Below, in pieces: positions 26,873 to 37,776 of a DNA stretch of 52,191 bases (the first letter of the stretch is position 1; each line of letters begins with the position of its first letter). Location of the stretch: assembly GCF_001194135.2 (NCBI RefSeq), contig NC_068982.1, positions 51,838,002 through 51,890,192 of the forward strand, given 5' to 3'. The translations under genes were made by a program, and so were the position numbers. Origin of the DNA: Octopus bimaculoides (Eukaryota). A model generated the notes under the pieces. That model ran no database searches, had not been told where the DNA came from, and saw only the letters and a list, made by a program, of their open reading frames with translations.

Positions 26873-29127
26873 CAAAATGGGACAAGAATGCAAAACATCT
26901 AGACAGTAGGTGATACAAAAAAGGGAAAACAACACATCCAGATAGACGATACAAAGAAAGCAAGGATGGGTCATTGGAAGTTTTCTTTCTTCAGTCGAGT
27001 ACCAGATTATCATCGCAATTTCGGCTGATTATACTTGAGATTGCTCCAATCTGGCCAGCCCCAAGGAAAATCCAAGCTAAGAGCGTTAGATTCCTTAGAA
27101 GAAAGCAGCGAATGTATACAAAAGCAAGAATGGAAAAAAATGGACAATGTTACACAAATACAATAAAAATAATAACAGGACATTATGTATGTATGTATAT
27201 GTATGTATATATATATATATATAGTTGTGTAGGGAATGATACCAGTGATAGCATCTGGTCTTAAGTAAGTAGCGGTGTGCACGGAGTACCATGAGGGTGA
27301 AGTTGGGAACAAAAACGAGCAAAGTTAGACGTGAACTGAGAAGTAGAGGAATGCCACCCACTGAGTACGCCTCCGTTTCCAGATAATTTGTTTGTTCATA
27401 GGAACGGAGAGGTTAGTAGTAGAAACGAGGGAAGAAACACATGAAGGAAGTAGTAGAAGCGTGTTAGTAAATGTTAATAAGTGAACTTATGTTTGTATGT
27501 GAAAGAAGAGAGAAAGAGAGATGTAAGTGTTGAAGGAGTTGAGATAACAGCTGATTGCTCCTGTCAACAGGGCGAAAATGGGCATCATTTATGCATTAGA
27601 AATACTGTTAATCACTTGCTCCAAATTGCAAGCAAATAATGTCCGAACATGTCGTTACAAAAAGATAAATAAATATGTCAAAGCTACTGGATCAAAACAA
27701 CGATAAGATAAAGAAAATACAACAAAAGAAAGCACAACAGCTGCCAGTTTTAAATATTATGAGGTCATCTCACAATATTAAACGGTTACTATAACAACTG
27801 TGTTAAAAGCCGTTTCTCAATATTTTGTGATAAAATACTGGGCAGAATCATGTAGAAGTTACTTTGCTATATATAAACAAATCTTCTAAATTGATCATCT
27901 AAAAATTATTAAGCCCTGCTAATACAAACTGCCACCCTCTCTTTCTCAGCATATCCTTTTTAATTCCTGTTATCAGTCTTTCGTTCTTCAAAACTTTCAA
28001 CTTGATCCATGATTTATTGCAGATCAATGCCACGTTCGTAGTAACACGTTCAGCAAACGTTCTGAAGTAGTTTACTTACAAAGTAAATGAACAAGGTACA
28101 AAGTATTTCGCACGCAATTTTATTTTACTCCAAGGTTTTTTATATTTATAAATAAGTAAATGGGATAAAACAATTTAACTGAATCTTAAATCTTTAAGTA
28201 ATTTATTCGGACGCATCAGCACTTGGTTATGAGAGATTTTCTTTAGGATATTAAGTCGAAGAAGATAATTAAATTCTACATAAACATACATATAAACACA
28301 CAAGCATATATATATATATATATATATATATGGGAGAATTTACGAAAAAAACAACAGACGAGGACAGGTGGTGTAAACAACACACACAAACACATAACTA
28401 CAGACATCACACACAATTAAAAATACTCATACAAAACTCTACGTGTGGAAGAAAAGGCGAAGAAAAAACGTAACAGTATTACATTCAAATGATATTGAAC
28501 CTTTTACATAGAACTTGTTCATTGGATTTTCAATAAATGACTAAGGCAAAACGGGAATTTCGAATATAACAAAACTTTTCAAAAGATTTTAACATAAGAT
28601 TAAGTTACCATTACAATTTCATAATAAACTTTAAATACGAGAGTTTTAAACTAATCATCAAAACTAGACAAAAATTCATTGAATAAATAACATCGGAAAT
28701 TACATGATTTAAGTTTCAGTAATAATCTATAACTTCAAAATAACAGAGTGGTGGGGGGGGGGGACAAAAACAAAAAGAAAAAAGATACTGAATATTCTAA
28801 AATCATATTTAAAATCTTCTCCAGACAATCTAGAAATGATTTATATTTATATTATCATTTTTTTTCCCTTTCATATAAAGTTATATTTAGCTAGTTGTTT
28901 TCTTTTACTTCAAAGTGCGTGTGTATATTACTATGTTGATATACGAACTACAGTAACGTTTAGGTATAAACTGAATAAAAACAAAACAGTTTAAAGAAAA
29001 AATGTTAATTATATAACCGCATGTATATAAGCCAGTGTGATTGAAGACTTTGAAGTTAGATTGAGAGGTTTACATCAATTGTAGATATATTTGAATAATT
29101 GTTTGAAAACTTTTGTGAACTCGCTCT

Positions 29128-29165
<38 letters not shown>

Positions 29166-29355
29166 GTGTAACAAATTGTATATTTAAGAGTTTTAAATAT
29201 GAAAAATTAAGTACGTTTCTATGTTTTCTAACCGTCACATTCTCAGATAAAATGTCACACTAGGAAACCTGATAGTCTCATTTTAAAGTTCACAAGGGAA
29301 AGACAGTTTAGAAATTTAGAGAGAACGTTTGCGAGGAAAGTTATTATCTATCTAC

Positions 29356-29443
29356 CTGAGCTCCATCTCGTGAGAGAAGAGGAACTGCGGCGACTTCTTC
29401 GTAATGTTCCCAGCTTCGAGGACATGTAACGCTGGAAAGACAT
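29356..29443 (-). CDS. First coding exon of the TRIM-like gene (MSFQRYMSSKLGTLRRSRRSSSSLTRWSS)
   Basis: ATG at 29443; 88 nt = 29 codons + 1 nt; donor CAG|GTAGAT at 29355. Its phase 1 matches the 8145 acceptor (G+AG = Glu, joining ...WSS-E-PSVKVD). Lies in the CpG-richer zone. A possible acceptor ccaccag| at 29498 may mean a further 5' UTR exon. Confidence 0.7.
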
Positions 29444-30419
29444 GTTGACATCGGTTCGAGTTTTATTTAATTGATATAAAAATAGTTTTTCTCACAACCT
29501 GGTGGCAGATTTAAACTCAGGCTGTTCAGCACTCAGACCGCGCCCAATATTAGTCAAATGAGGTAGTTCACAAAGTTTGTCATACAAAAAACGAGGATGT
29601 TACATATATATTCTTTTATGTTTTTTCGTGTTGAAACAAGCCATTAGATTGCTGGGGCACAATTTTGAAGGGTTTAGTCAATCAAATCGCTCCCATTACT
29701 TATTTCTTTGAAGTCTGATACTTATCTATCGGTGTGTTTTGCCAAATGGCTAAGTTACGGGGACATGAAGCAATACTGGTCGTCAAACGGTGGGGTGGGG
29801 TGGGCAAACTCAAAGGGGCGCGCACATGTGTGTGGGTGGGCGTACAGTATTTGCTTTCCAAATTAACACACGAAGCACTGGTCGCTTCGGGACAATAGTA
29901 GAAGACACTCGCTCGACATGCTACGTAGTAGTACTGAACCCGAAACCACAAAATTGCTACATGAATTTCTTAATCACACAGCGGTGGGGAGGGGGAGAAT
30001 ACGCGGTAGCTATATAAACAGGGCAAGTTTAACTATTTCTCTCTAGATTAAAAAAAAAACACGAACAGCTTTAATCGATTTTCGAACAATATTGAGTTCT
30101 CATTAGAAGTGCTTACATTACTTAAGCTATCCTAGAGAAACAAGTAGCCAATGTTAATATATTCCAGATGTATAAATATATATATAATTTTTAAAATTGC
30201 ATTATTTCACACACAAATAGAAGCGCTTGGCATACTGTGAATACCTTAAACGTGAACCCTTTTCATGTTTAATTAGCAAGTTTTAATCTAGAGCTTTTTG
30301 CTTGAAATTATATTTGCATATATTTTTATTGCAATGCAGATGTAGGTCTAAAGTTGAATTTTTCCAGTTTTCTATGTGTGAAGCTTTTGAGACCGCTTCA
30401 CTTTTGTAACTTAAGAACT

Positions 30420-31030
30420 TACGTTTTACCTTACATAGTTTCTTGTATTCCAAACTCATAAAACAAGTGTGTTTTACGCAACGAGAGCTCTGGGGTGGAC
30501 AACTTGTTCATATTTTACTGATTGGTGCTTTGATAAATAGACGTTTATTTAGCTTGTAGTGAAACCTCTCTCTCGAGCATTCAATCATAAATGATAACGA
30601 AGCTGCTAACCTCTAGCTTTCGGCTGCCTTGGACTTTTCTGTCCACCATCCTGATTGGTTCTTATTTGCGCGGCAATTGTCCCCATGTTCTGCTTGCTAA
30701 GGGGGCATTACGTCCAATCGTGGCCTTAGGATAAGTCACGTGAGATAGAGTTATTACTGGGTTTCCGGTNNNNNNNNNNCGGTCACAGCATTCGACGCTC
30801 AACACACATATTAACTAACTGCGTATGAACAATCTATCTCCTTGTGTAACTCTAATACGAACTGATATTTCTCTATCTCAGTGTTTGAGACTTGTAGCCT
30901 ATGTTACAGACACTCTTTCTATGTTCTGTGTTTCCTCTCATTCACAAGCACACTTGTGCTCTCACATATTGTACACACACTATTGCTTATACGACTGTCC
31001 GNNNNNNNNNNATTCCGTATCAGGTAAACG
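30420..31030. promoter_or_regulatory. Promoter-like region, possibly bidirectional
   Basis: Local CpG enrichment; CCAAT/ATTGG boxes (~30520, ~30654, ~30714); GTCACGTG E-box (~30735); ETS-like TTCCGG (~30763). Outward-facing donors: minus AAAC|GTAAGT at 30422 and plus CAG|GTAAAC at ~31023. Interrupted by N gaps. Confidence 0.4.
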
Positions 31031-31250
31031 GTCACAGCATTCGACGCTCAACACACATATTAACTAACTGCGTATGAACAATCTATCTCCTTGTGTAACT
31101 CTAATACGAACTGATATTTCTCTATCTCAGTGTTTGAGACTTGTAGCCTATGTTACAGACACTCTTTCTATGTTCTGTGTTTCCTCTCATTCACAAGCAC
31201 ACTTGTGCTCTCACATATTGTACACACACTATTGCTTATACGACTGTCCG
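30780..31250. other. ~222-bp exact duplication bracketed by N gaps (probable assembly artefact)
   Basis: 30780-31001 equals 31029-31250; the first copy has N runs on both sides. Confidence 0.75.
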
Positions 31251-31569
31251 TTACTTCACATTGTTGTATACATTCTCTTGTACACGAAGGCCTGACATAT
31301 CTACTGTGTTATTTATATATATCGCATTCACAGACACAACAGTTTCACTATGTTAATAAACTTACTCTCATTATATATCTAACGGTTGTGTTTGTCCTAA
31401 GTTCTTTTACTGGCACTGTGGCTCGTATCTCTCACGAGGAGCCTTCTATCTTATATATCTTAGTTTTGTGTTCGACTGTGCGACATGGTAAAAAGGAGCC
31501 TTTTCCGTCTACGTCGCCATCTCCTTTGGTTCGCATGGTCGAATTATTACAAGCTCAACACATGAGCAT

Positions 31570-33030
31570 GCAACATAAAACTGACTGAAAGAAACCTAGA
31601 CTTGTTCAACTTAAGCAACCCCAACAGATCCCTAAGACTTGCTGATGGACATAGAAAAAAACAATGTCACTAGAAACTGAAGTTGTAAATTGGATGGTTG
31701 GCAGCATTGTTAACATCAACTACAGAATGAACTTATTCCATCTGGATTGAGCTGGTATTATTTGCTTGAACACAGTCATCTTTAGTAGCAAGAATGGTAC
31801 ATTCAAAAAGCAAGGCACAGTTTCTATAACTCTATTAGAGGCTGGGAAAAACTCTTAGCATTTTGTGAAATATGTTGATGACTGTTCTACAATTTTTTTT
31901 GTATTGTGTCATCTCCGGTCGTGTCAGTGGATAGCTAACCATATTTCCCATGTGAAATAAAACTTGCAAATTGAGCTGCCAAGACATCTCTGTTATGTGC
32001 ATCTTTTGTGTTGGTTGTAAGATGAAGTTTTTTTTTTTTCCCTGTCATTTCCAAAAACAGGTTGCTTTGAGGCATGCTTTCAAAACATCAACTAGCATAC
32101 CTTTTTGGATGACTGGCAGTTTGTTTGAAATCATCAGAGCAGGACTGCAACTCCACCTATGATATTGGTGTTACTTCTGAGAACTTCTAACATGATCAAA
32201 AGCTTCAAATGGAAGTTTGTGGGATATTGTGCACTCATCTCATACTTTTAGCTTGGCCTGCTCCAGAATCTTTGCCAATGCTACACACAGGACAGACATT
32301 ATGTATAAGGTTGAGTGGTTGTTTAAAAGCAGAATAAACAGTCCCATCTGTGAGCCAAACTACAGCATTTCCAGATGAAATCACTGCAATATCAATCTAC
32401 TCAAGTGAACAAACTTTTTACCAAAATTAGGTTGGTCAAAAAAGTTTTGCTTGTGCCATTAAAAGCATCAAAGAAAGTTTTTCCTTTTGAGTCAGATGTC
32501 ACCACTAGTTTGATCTGGGTATAAGCACTCTTTTATCCAGAACCAGCAGTGATTAATTTTGATGGCCATACTCTTCAGGTTGTTGGATGTCATAGCTGGT
32601 TGCCTGAAGAATCTCTCATCTGAAAACTGGAGCTGCCAGTCCTTACTGTTCAAGATATTTGCCAGCCAAGGACTGTACAGTGTTTCCAATGAGGCACAGC
32701 ACTTGTTTTTTTTTTTTACTATTGTAACGCTTGATGCAGTTAGTCTTCTGTCATGTTATCCTGGTGATAATGACAAAGTTCCAGAGGGTTGGATGGTAAA
32801 CAGGCACAGAAAATAAATAGCACAAAGACTCCCCATCTTTAAGAGAATACAAGACTGCAAGCATCTTTCAAGATACTTTTTCAGTTTGCAATATCTTCCA
32901 AGAGGAATCTTCTCTGGCAAGCTTCATGGTGTCTTGTACAGACATATCAAGTAGCTGTTTGGAGATCCTTGAATGAAGTCAGACTATGAACATTGTGCAC
33001 AAGCTGTTTGAGATTAAATATACTAAAATT
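31570..33030 (-). mobile_element. Degenerate Helitron RepHel remnant (PIF1-family helicase region)
   Basis: Manual minus-strand translation, with many stops and frameshifts, gives motifs in Helitron order: HNVHSLTSFKDL, HEACQRRFLLED, PSNPLELCHYHQDNMTED, Walker-A-like NGTSKTFLTNLIL, IAVISSGNA..TVYSAFKQPLNL, DECTISHKLPFEAFD, GGVAVLL..DFKQT, KACLKATCFWK, TILATKDD. Confidence 0.85.
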
Positions 33031-33573
33031 ACTCCTTTTAAAAAAAATCATATCTTTGAAAAGTTGGTACATGGTTGCAAATACCATAGAAAATAATTTA
33101 TTCTTTCATTGTTTCACATTTAAATTTGATTACACTTTTAAAATATTCTGGTATTCTGCTCTATGAAGTGAGCTGTTAATTTTATATATTTTATATATAT
33201 TCAACCACTGTTAAAATTAAATCCAATTTAAAGAGCAAATAAACCTGAATATTTTAGAATAATAAACAAATTTCAGTGTGAAATAATTATTTAAATTGTT
33301 ATTCTATCTTTGGTGGTATTTGAAATCATGCACTAACATTTCGATGTGACTTTTAAATGTGGAAATTTTATAATGACAGCACTGCAAATGCATTATAATA
33401 TAAACACAAACATATAAATACACACACACACACATATAAATACAAACAAACAAACATCAGTTACTGTTCATGATCAATGCTAGAATGAGTTGAACATACA
33501 TGTATGAAACATTTCATAATATGCTATAGTAAATATCTTTGTTTTATTAGACACTAAAAAAAGGACAATAATA

Positions 33574-33647
33574 CTACAGAATTTCGAGGAAATCAACGTT
33601 TGGCATTTTTATAAGATAAACTATTAATATAATGACAGGAAGAACAA
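33574..33647 (-). CDS. Putative membrane-protein gene, terminal exon D (VVLPVIILIVYLIKMPNVDFLEIL*)
   Basis: Acceptor ctattcttgcag| at 33647, phase 1; TAG at 33576-33574; AATAAA about 26 nt downstream (33548-33543). Confidence 0.55.
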
Positions 33648-33845
33648 CTGCAAGAATAGAATTTTGAAATATATATATTGCATCCAAAATAAAAACAATA
33701 ACTATAAAAGATAATGACATACAACAATTGATTAAAAAAAGTATCATGTCTAATTACAGAGTAGCAATGTCTGTAGTCTTTCCTGCTTGTTTGTTTGTGG
33801 ATATTACAGACAGCAATTAGTAATTATTCTATATATTTCCGGTAC

Positions 33846-33947
33846 CTCTTGAAATTAATAAACGGAGAAGTTGCCAAATTGTTAAATTATATGAGAAATT
33901 AGTTAAAGCCAATATCAGTGCCCAAATAGTTAGAATCAATAACACCC
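33846..33947 (-). CDS. Putative membrane-protein gene, exon C (GVLLILTIWALILALTNFSYNLTIWQLLRLLISR)
   Basis: Acceptor gtatgtaag| at 33947; 102 nt, phase 1 to phase 1, stop-free; donor AGAG|GTACCG at 33845. Confidence 0.55.
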
Positions 33948-34149
33948 CTTACATACACACACAACACAGACACAAAGTAAATTGTTTCATGAATCTCAGT
34001 ACCTAATACATCTAATGCTCAGTACCAAGTTTCTGTAACATTAAATGAATGAGGAACAAACTTTAGAAGAAAATAGTTTGTTTATTAACTGACACTCGAC
34101 TCATACAGCATTACGATTGGATACTGAAAGAGATTCTCAACCATTCAAA

Positions 34150-34460
34150 TGTGAATATGATTTTATTGAAATTTTATGAAGATCTTCAGTAAAGTTAATC
34201 ACAAACTACATGATCTTAGCACAACTGGTAAATTAGGGAAGTGGTCGCATGATTTTTGTAACAGTAGAAGTCAGACAGTTGCAGCTAATGAGTTTCCACA
34301 CAGGAAACTTATTCTGAGTGTAGTCACTCAGAGAACTGTCTTGGTGCCATTACTGCTTGTAGTGGTTCTTTTAGACATACTTTCATTTAAACAGATAGCC
34401 ATTCTCACTATCTGTTGCAAATAGCTTTCAGTTCTAGTAACTATTCTTAATATTTCAGTC
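34150..34460 (+). mobile_element. CR1/L2-type LINE RT remnant
   Basis: FSKVNH...GKLGKWSHDF..SRSQTVAAN...SVVTQRTVLVPLLL is a decayed form of the FDKVDH...SGVPQGTVLGPLLF motifs. Confidence 0.65.
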
Positions 34461-34864
34461 AATGAAGATGGCAAGCTGGCAGAATTGTTAGGATGCTGAG
34501 AAAAATGCTTAGTGGCATTTCACCCATCTTTATGTTCGGAGTTCAAATTCTGCTGAGGTTGACTTTGCCTTTCATCCTTTTGGAGTTGAGCACTGGGGTC
34601 AATGTAACTGACTTAGATCCTTCCCCAAAATTGTTGGCCTCATGCCAAAATTTGAAATCAATATTTCAGTCAATAACTGCAAAATAAAGTTATCTTCCTC
34701 AGAGAAACAAGAGTTCTACTGTTGATTTGAACACCCAAAATACATAGAGATAACACCATAGCATACATATTTGGTCACAAAATAAGTTGTCTATAAAAGA
34801 TTTCAAATATCAGCCACAAACTTGCTTGCTCATAACAACTCATCAAAGGTGATGACAGTGTTGA

Positions 34865-35330
34865 TCCAAGTCATTCATCCTCCTCTACCTCCAGCATATT
34901 GTTTCTCATGAGAGCAGACGTGGCTGACAAGAGCAATACGAGAGATGCAGATCCTATGGCACTGAGGACACTGAAACAACAGCTGCAGAGGGTTAATGAC
35001 AGTGTCTCCTCCTCTCTTGTTGAAGTCTCTTGCATTGGGTTTCAAAGCACTCTACTCTAGCATCACATACGGACTTCCATGCCTTCTAATTAACAGCCAG
35101 GAGCTCCAGCTAAGTGGTGGTGGTAGGGATATTGTATAAAATGAGAGATCACTTGAGATGATCATGGAAACAAAGTTTTGGACATCCATGAAGCCTACTT
35201 CCAGTCTTGATCTCCTTGAAGAGGACCATCTTTGGGAGCCAGTTATCCACTATCCAAATCATGTGGCCAACCTAGCCATAAGGCCTCAAATGTAGGAGAA
35301 AAATGAGAAAGCCATTCTGATACGGTCATC
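34865..35330 (-). mobile_element. BovB-like RTE C-terminal remnant with C2H2 finger
   Basis: GHMIWIVDNWLPKMVLFKEIKTGSR..GCPKL.F.DHLK, then FQCPQCHRICISRIALVSHVCSH across a frameshift. Confidence 0.7.
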
Positions 35331-36417
35331 ACACTGATTTATCTTTTACTAGTTTTTCTCATCAAACTGTAACCATGCTGGATCACTGTTTTAAAGCGAT
35401 TAATCAAACAAATTGATTTTGGTACTTATCTTTTTAACTTTTGTACTTATTCTAAGTTATGGGAACATAAACAAACCAACACCAATAGTCAAGCAATGGG
35501 ACAAACACAAACACATACACATATGTATATACACACACACTGCAACCATGATGGATCACTGTCTTGAAAGATTAATCAAACAAATTGACTCTGGTACTCA
35601 TTTTTTAAGTTTTGTACTTATTCTAAGTTATGGGGACATAACCAACCCAACACCAATTGTCAAGCAATGGCAGAGGGACAAGCACAAACATATACACACA
35701 CATATGTATACACACACACACACACACACACACACTGAGCTTCCTCATAGTATCTAGTTTTGTCAACTAAATTCACTCACTTGGCATTGGTTGACCTGGG
35801 ACTATAGTACATGACACTTGCCTAAGGTGCTGCACAGTGGGACTGATCCTGAAACCTCATGGTTAAAGTAAATTGAAATTAAATGTCAAAAGGATCTTTG
35901 TATAAAAACATAATAAGCAGCCTTTTTAACCTGATTACCAAAATTTCAAAGAGCCCATGAAGGAGAACCACTATATTGTCACTCACTCTGCTAAAAATAA
36001 CAGCCAGACTTGTCAATACACAAATCAGAAAAAAAGACTGATAGTTATTTTATTGTTTATTGTAACTACACCATATATATGAACCTCTATTAATACTAAA
36101 TAGTATTTTCAAAAGCTAAATCACAAAACCTTAATAATTCTTATAACATCCAAGTAAGTCTATATATGCCATCATCATCATCATTTTGACCTACACTTTT
36201 CCATGCTTGCATGGGTCACATGAAATTTTATTGAGGCAGATTTTCTATGGCTGGATGCCCTTCCTGTTACCAAGTAAGGTAATGTTTCCCATGACCAGAT
36301 ATGTTTTCACAGAATAATGGAAATAAAAGATACCACTACTATTATGGTGACACTCATTTACAACTATCACATGATGTCAAAGAAAAGAGACAGTAAGATA
36401 CACACACACACACACAC

Positions 36418-36588
36418 ATATACTTTTTATTAAAGCTGAAAAATATCTTCACAACCTGTTACTCAATTTCATGATATCATTCATCAGACAGTTGTGATGA
36501 TATACGATCACAACTATCTGAAAAACAGTAATGTGAAACTTTAAGTAACAGTTTGTGAAGATTTTTTCAGCTTTAATAAAAGGCATAT
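36418..36588. repeat. ~170-bp imperfect foldback
   Basis: Outer arms of ~48 bp with about 4-5 differences, plus an inner stem tcagacagttgtgat / atcacaactatctga. Confidence 0.85.
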
Positions 36589-37215
36589 TACGATCAATCG
36601 CTCGATCGATCGATGGATTTGTTGGGCTTCTTTCAGTGTCTATCTACCAAAATCTACTTACAAAGATTTAGTCAGCCTGGGACTACTGCAGAAGACACCT
36701 ACTCAAGGTGAATTTAAAATTAATTGAATTTAATTCCCACACTTTTCAGCAAACTACGTTTGACATATGATATAAACCCCTTATTATAATTGTGGATAAT
36801 ATTAACTGGTTATGAAAACTAGTAGGTCCCAAAGTCTTTTTGTTGGTTATTTGTTATTTATTAAAAGGCTTGATCAAAAAGTGGAAACAGTCTTTAATAT
36901 GGAAGGTGGATGTCTATTGGGACATCATCATTTAGGATCCACTTTTCCATGCTTGTAAGGGTCTGATGGAGTTTGTTGAAATAGATTTTGTATGGCCAGA
37001 TGCCCTTCCTGTCATCAACACTCACCTGTTTCCAAGCAAAATTATATTTCTCTATAAGCAGATTGGTTTTTCACACTATCTTAGAAATAAATAAGATTAA
37101 AAAAAAAAAACAGACTCATTAGTTGGTGTAATTCACAATACACTCTGTCTCAAAATATGTCAGGATGGTCACAGTTGGAATACCTTTGACATTAAGTGTG
37201 TTCTATTGAGTTCAC

Positions 37216-37548
37216 CGGAGGCTAAATAAACAATAATAACCACAATGAACCAAAATATGATTCTAAAACTACAAAAAACATCAGAAGATGAGTATATCAT
37301 GTTCTGGTAAACAAATTTTCTTCTGTTTTGGAATGGTCGTTTATTTTTTCTTGCCAAATAAACACATGCACTATATATTCGTTCTTCACTCTGAACAGGA
37401 GGAGATACATTAGATGGAAGAGTCACTGAAGAGGTCACAGGTGCGTGACAACGGACATAAGATAAAATAAGAACAATAATAAATGAGTGAAGAACAAATA
37501 TATAATGTGTGTGTTTATTTGGCAAGAAATATTAAAAAAATGACCATC
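37216..37548 (-). CDS. Putative membrane-protein gene, exon B (in-frame TAA at 37534-37532)
   Basis: Acceptor gttatgtttcag| at 37548; 333 nt, phase 1 to phase 1; 105 open codons after one TAA, with two hydrophobic segments; donor TCCG|GTGAAC at 37215. Confidence 0.5.
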
Positions 37549-37667
37549 CTGAAACATAACAATATTTGTTTCAAGACATGATTTCACATCAGCAATCTTG
37601 CAAAGCAAATTCATAAGCATAAATTTTTTTCTTCCTTCAATTAAAAATACATTAGAATATTTAATAC

Positions 37668-37776
37668 CTTCTGCGGTTTTTGTTGGAGACTTCATTTGCA
37701 AGAATTCCTCCTTGTCACTGGAACATACACTAGCCATAACGACCCTGCAGTTGTGTTTATCAAGGTAGCACTTTAC
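37668..37776 (-). CDS. Putative membrane-protein gene, exon A (ATG at 37737: MASVCSSDKEEFLQMKSPTKTAE)
   Basis: Acceptor (T)13ccaccag| at 37776; only one frame is open; donor GAAG|GTATTA at 37667, phase 1. Confidence 0.5.

Noticed and set aside
30780-31250. Tandem 222-bp duplication and twin ORFs (30825, 31074)
   Set aside because: Exact identity and flanking N gaps point to a scaffolding overlap artefact.
31130-31588. 152-aa plus-strand ORF
   Set aside because: Low-information composition, overlaps the gap duplicate, no recognisable motif or supported splice structure.
37184-37215. Alternative exon B donor AAG|GTATTC at 37183
   Set aside because: Phase 0 is incompatible with exon C; the donor at 37215 fits. 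It could still be used with an unseen exon.
33574-37548. Resemblance of the membrane protein to DHHC palmitoyltransferases or TMEM218
   Set aside because: Only generic hydrophobic similarity; no DHHC cysteine-rich domain; no gene symbol assigned.
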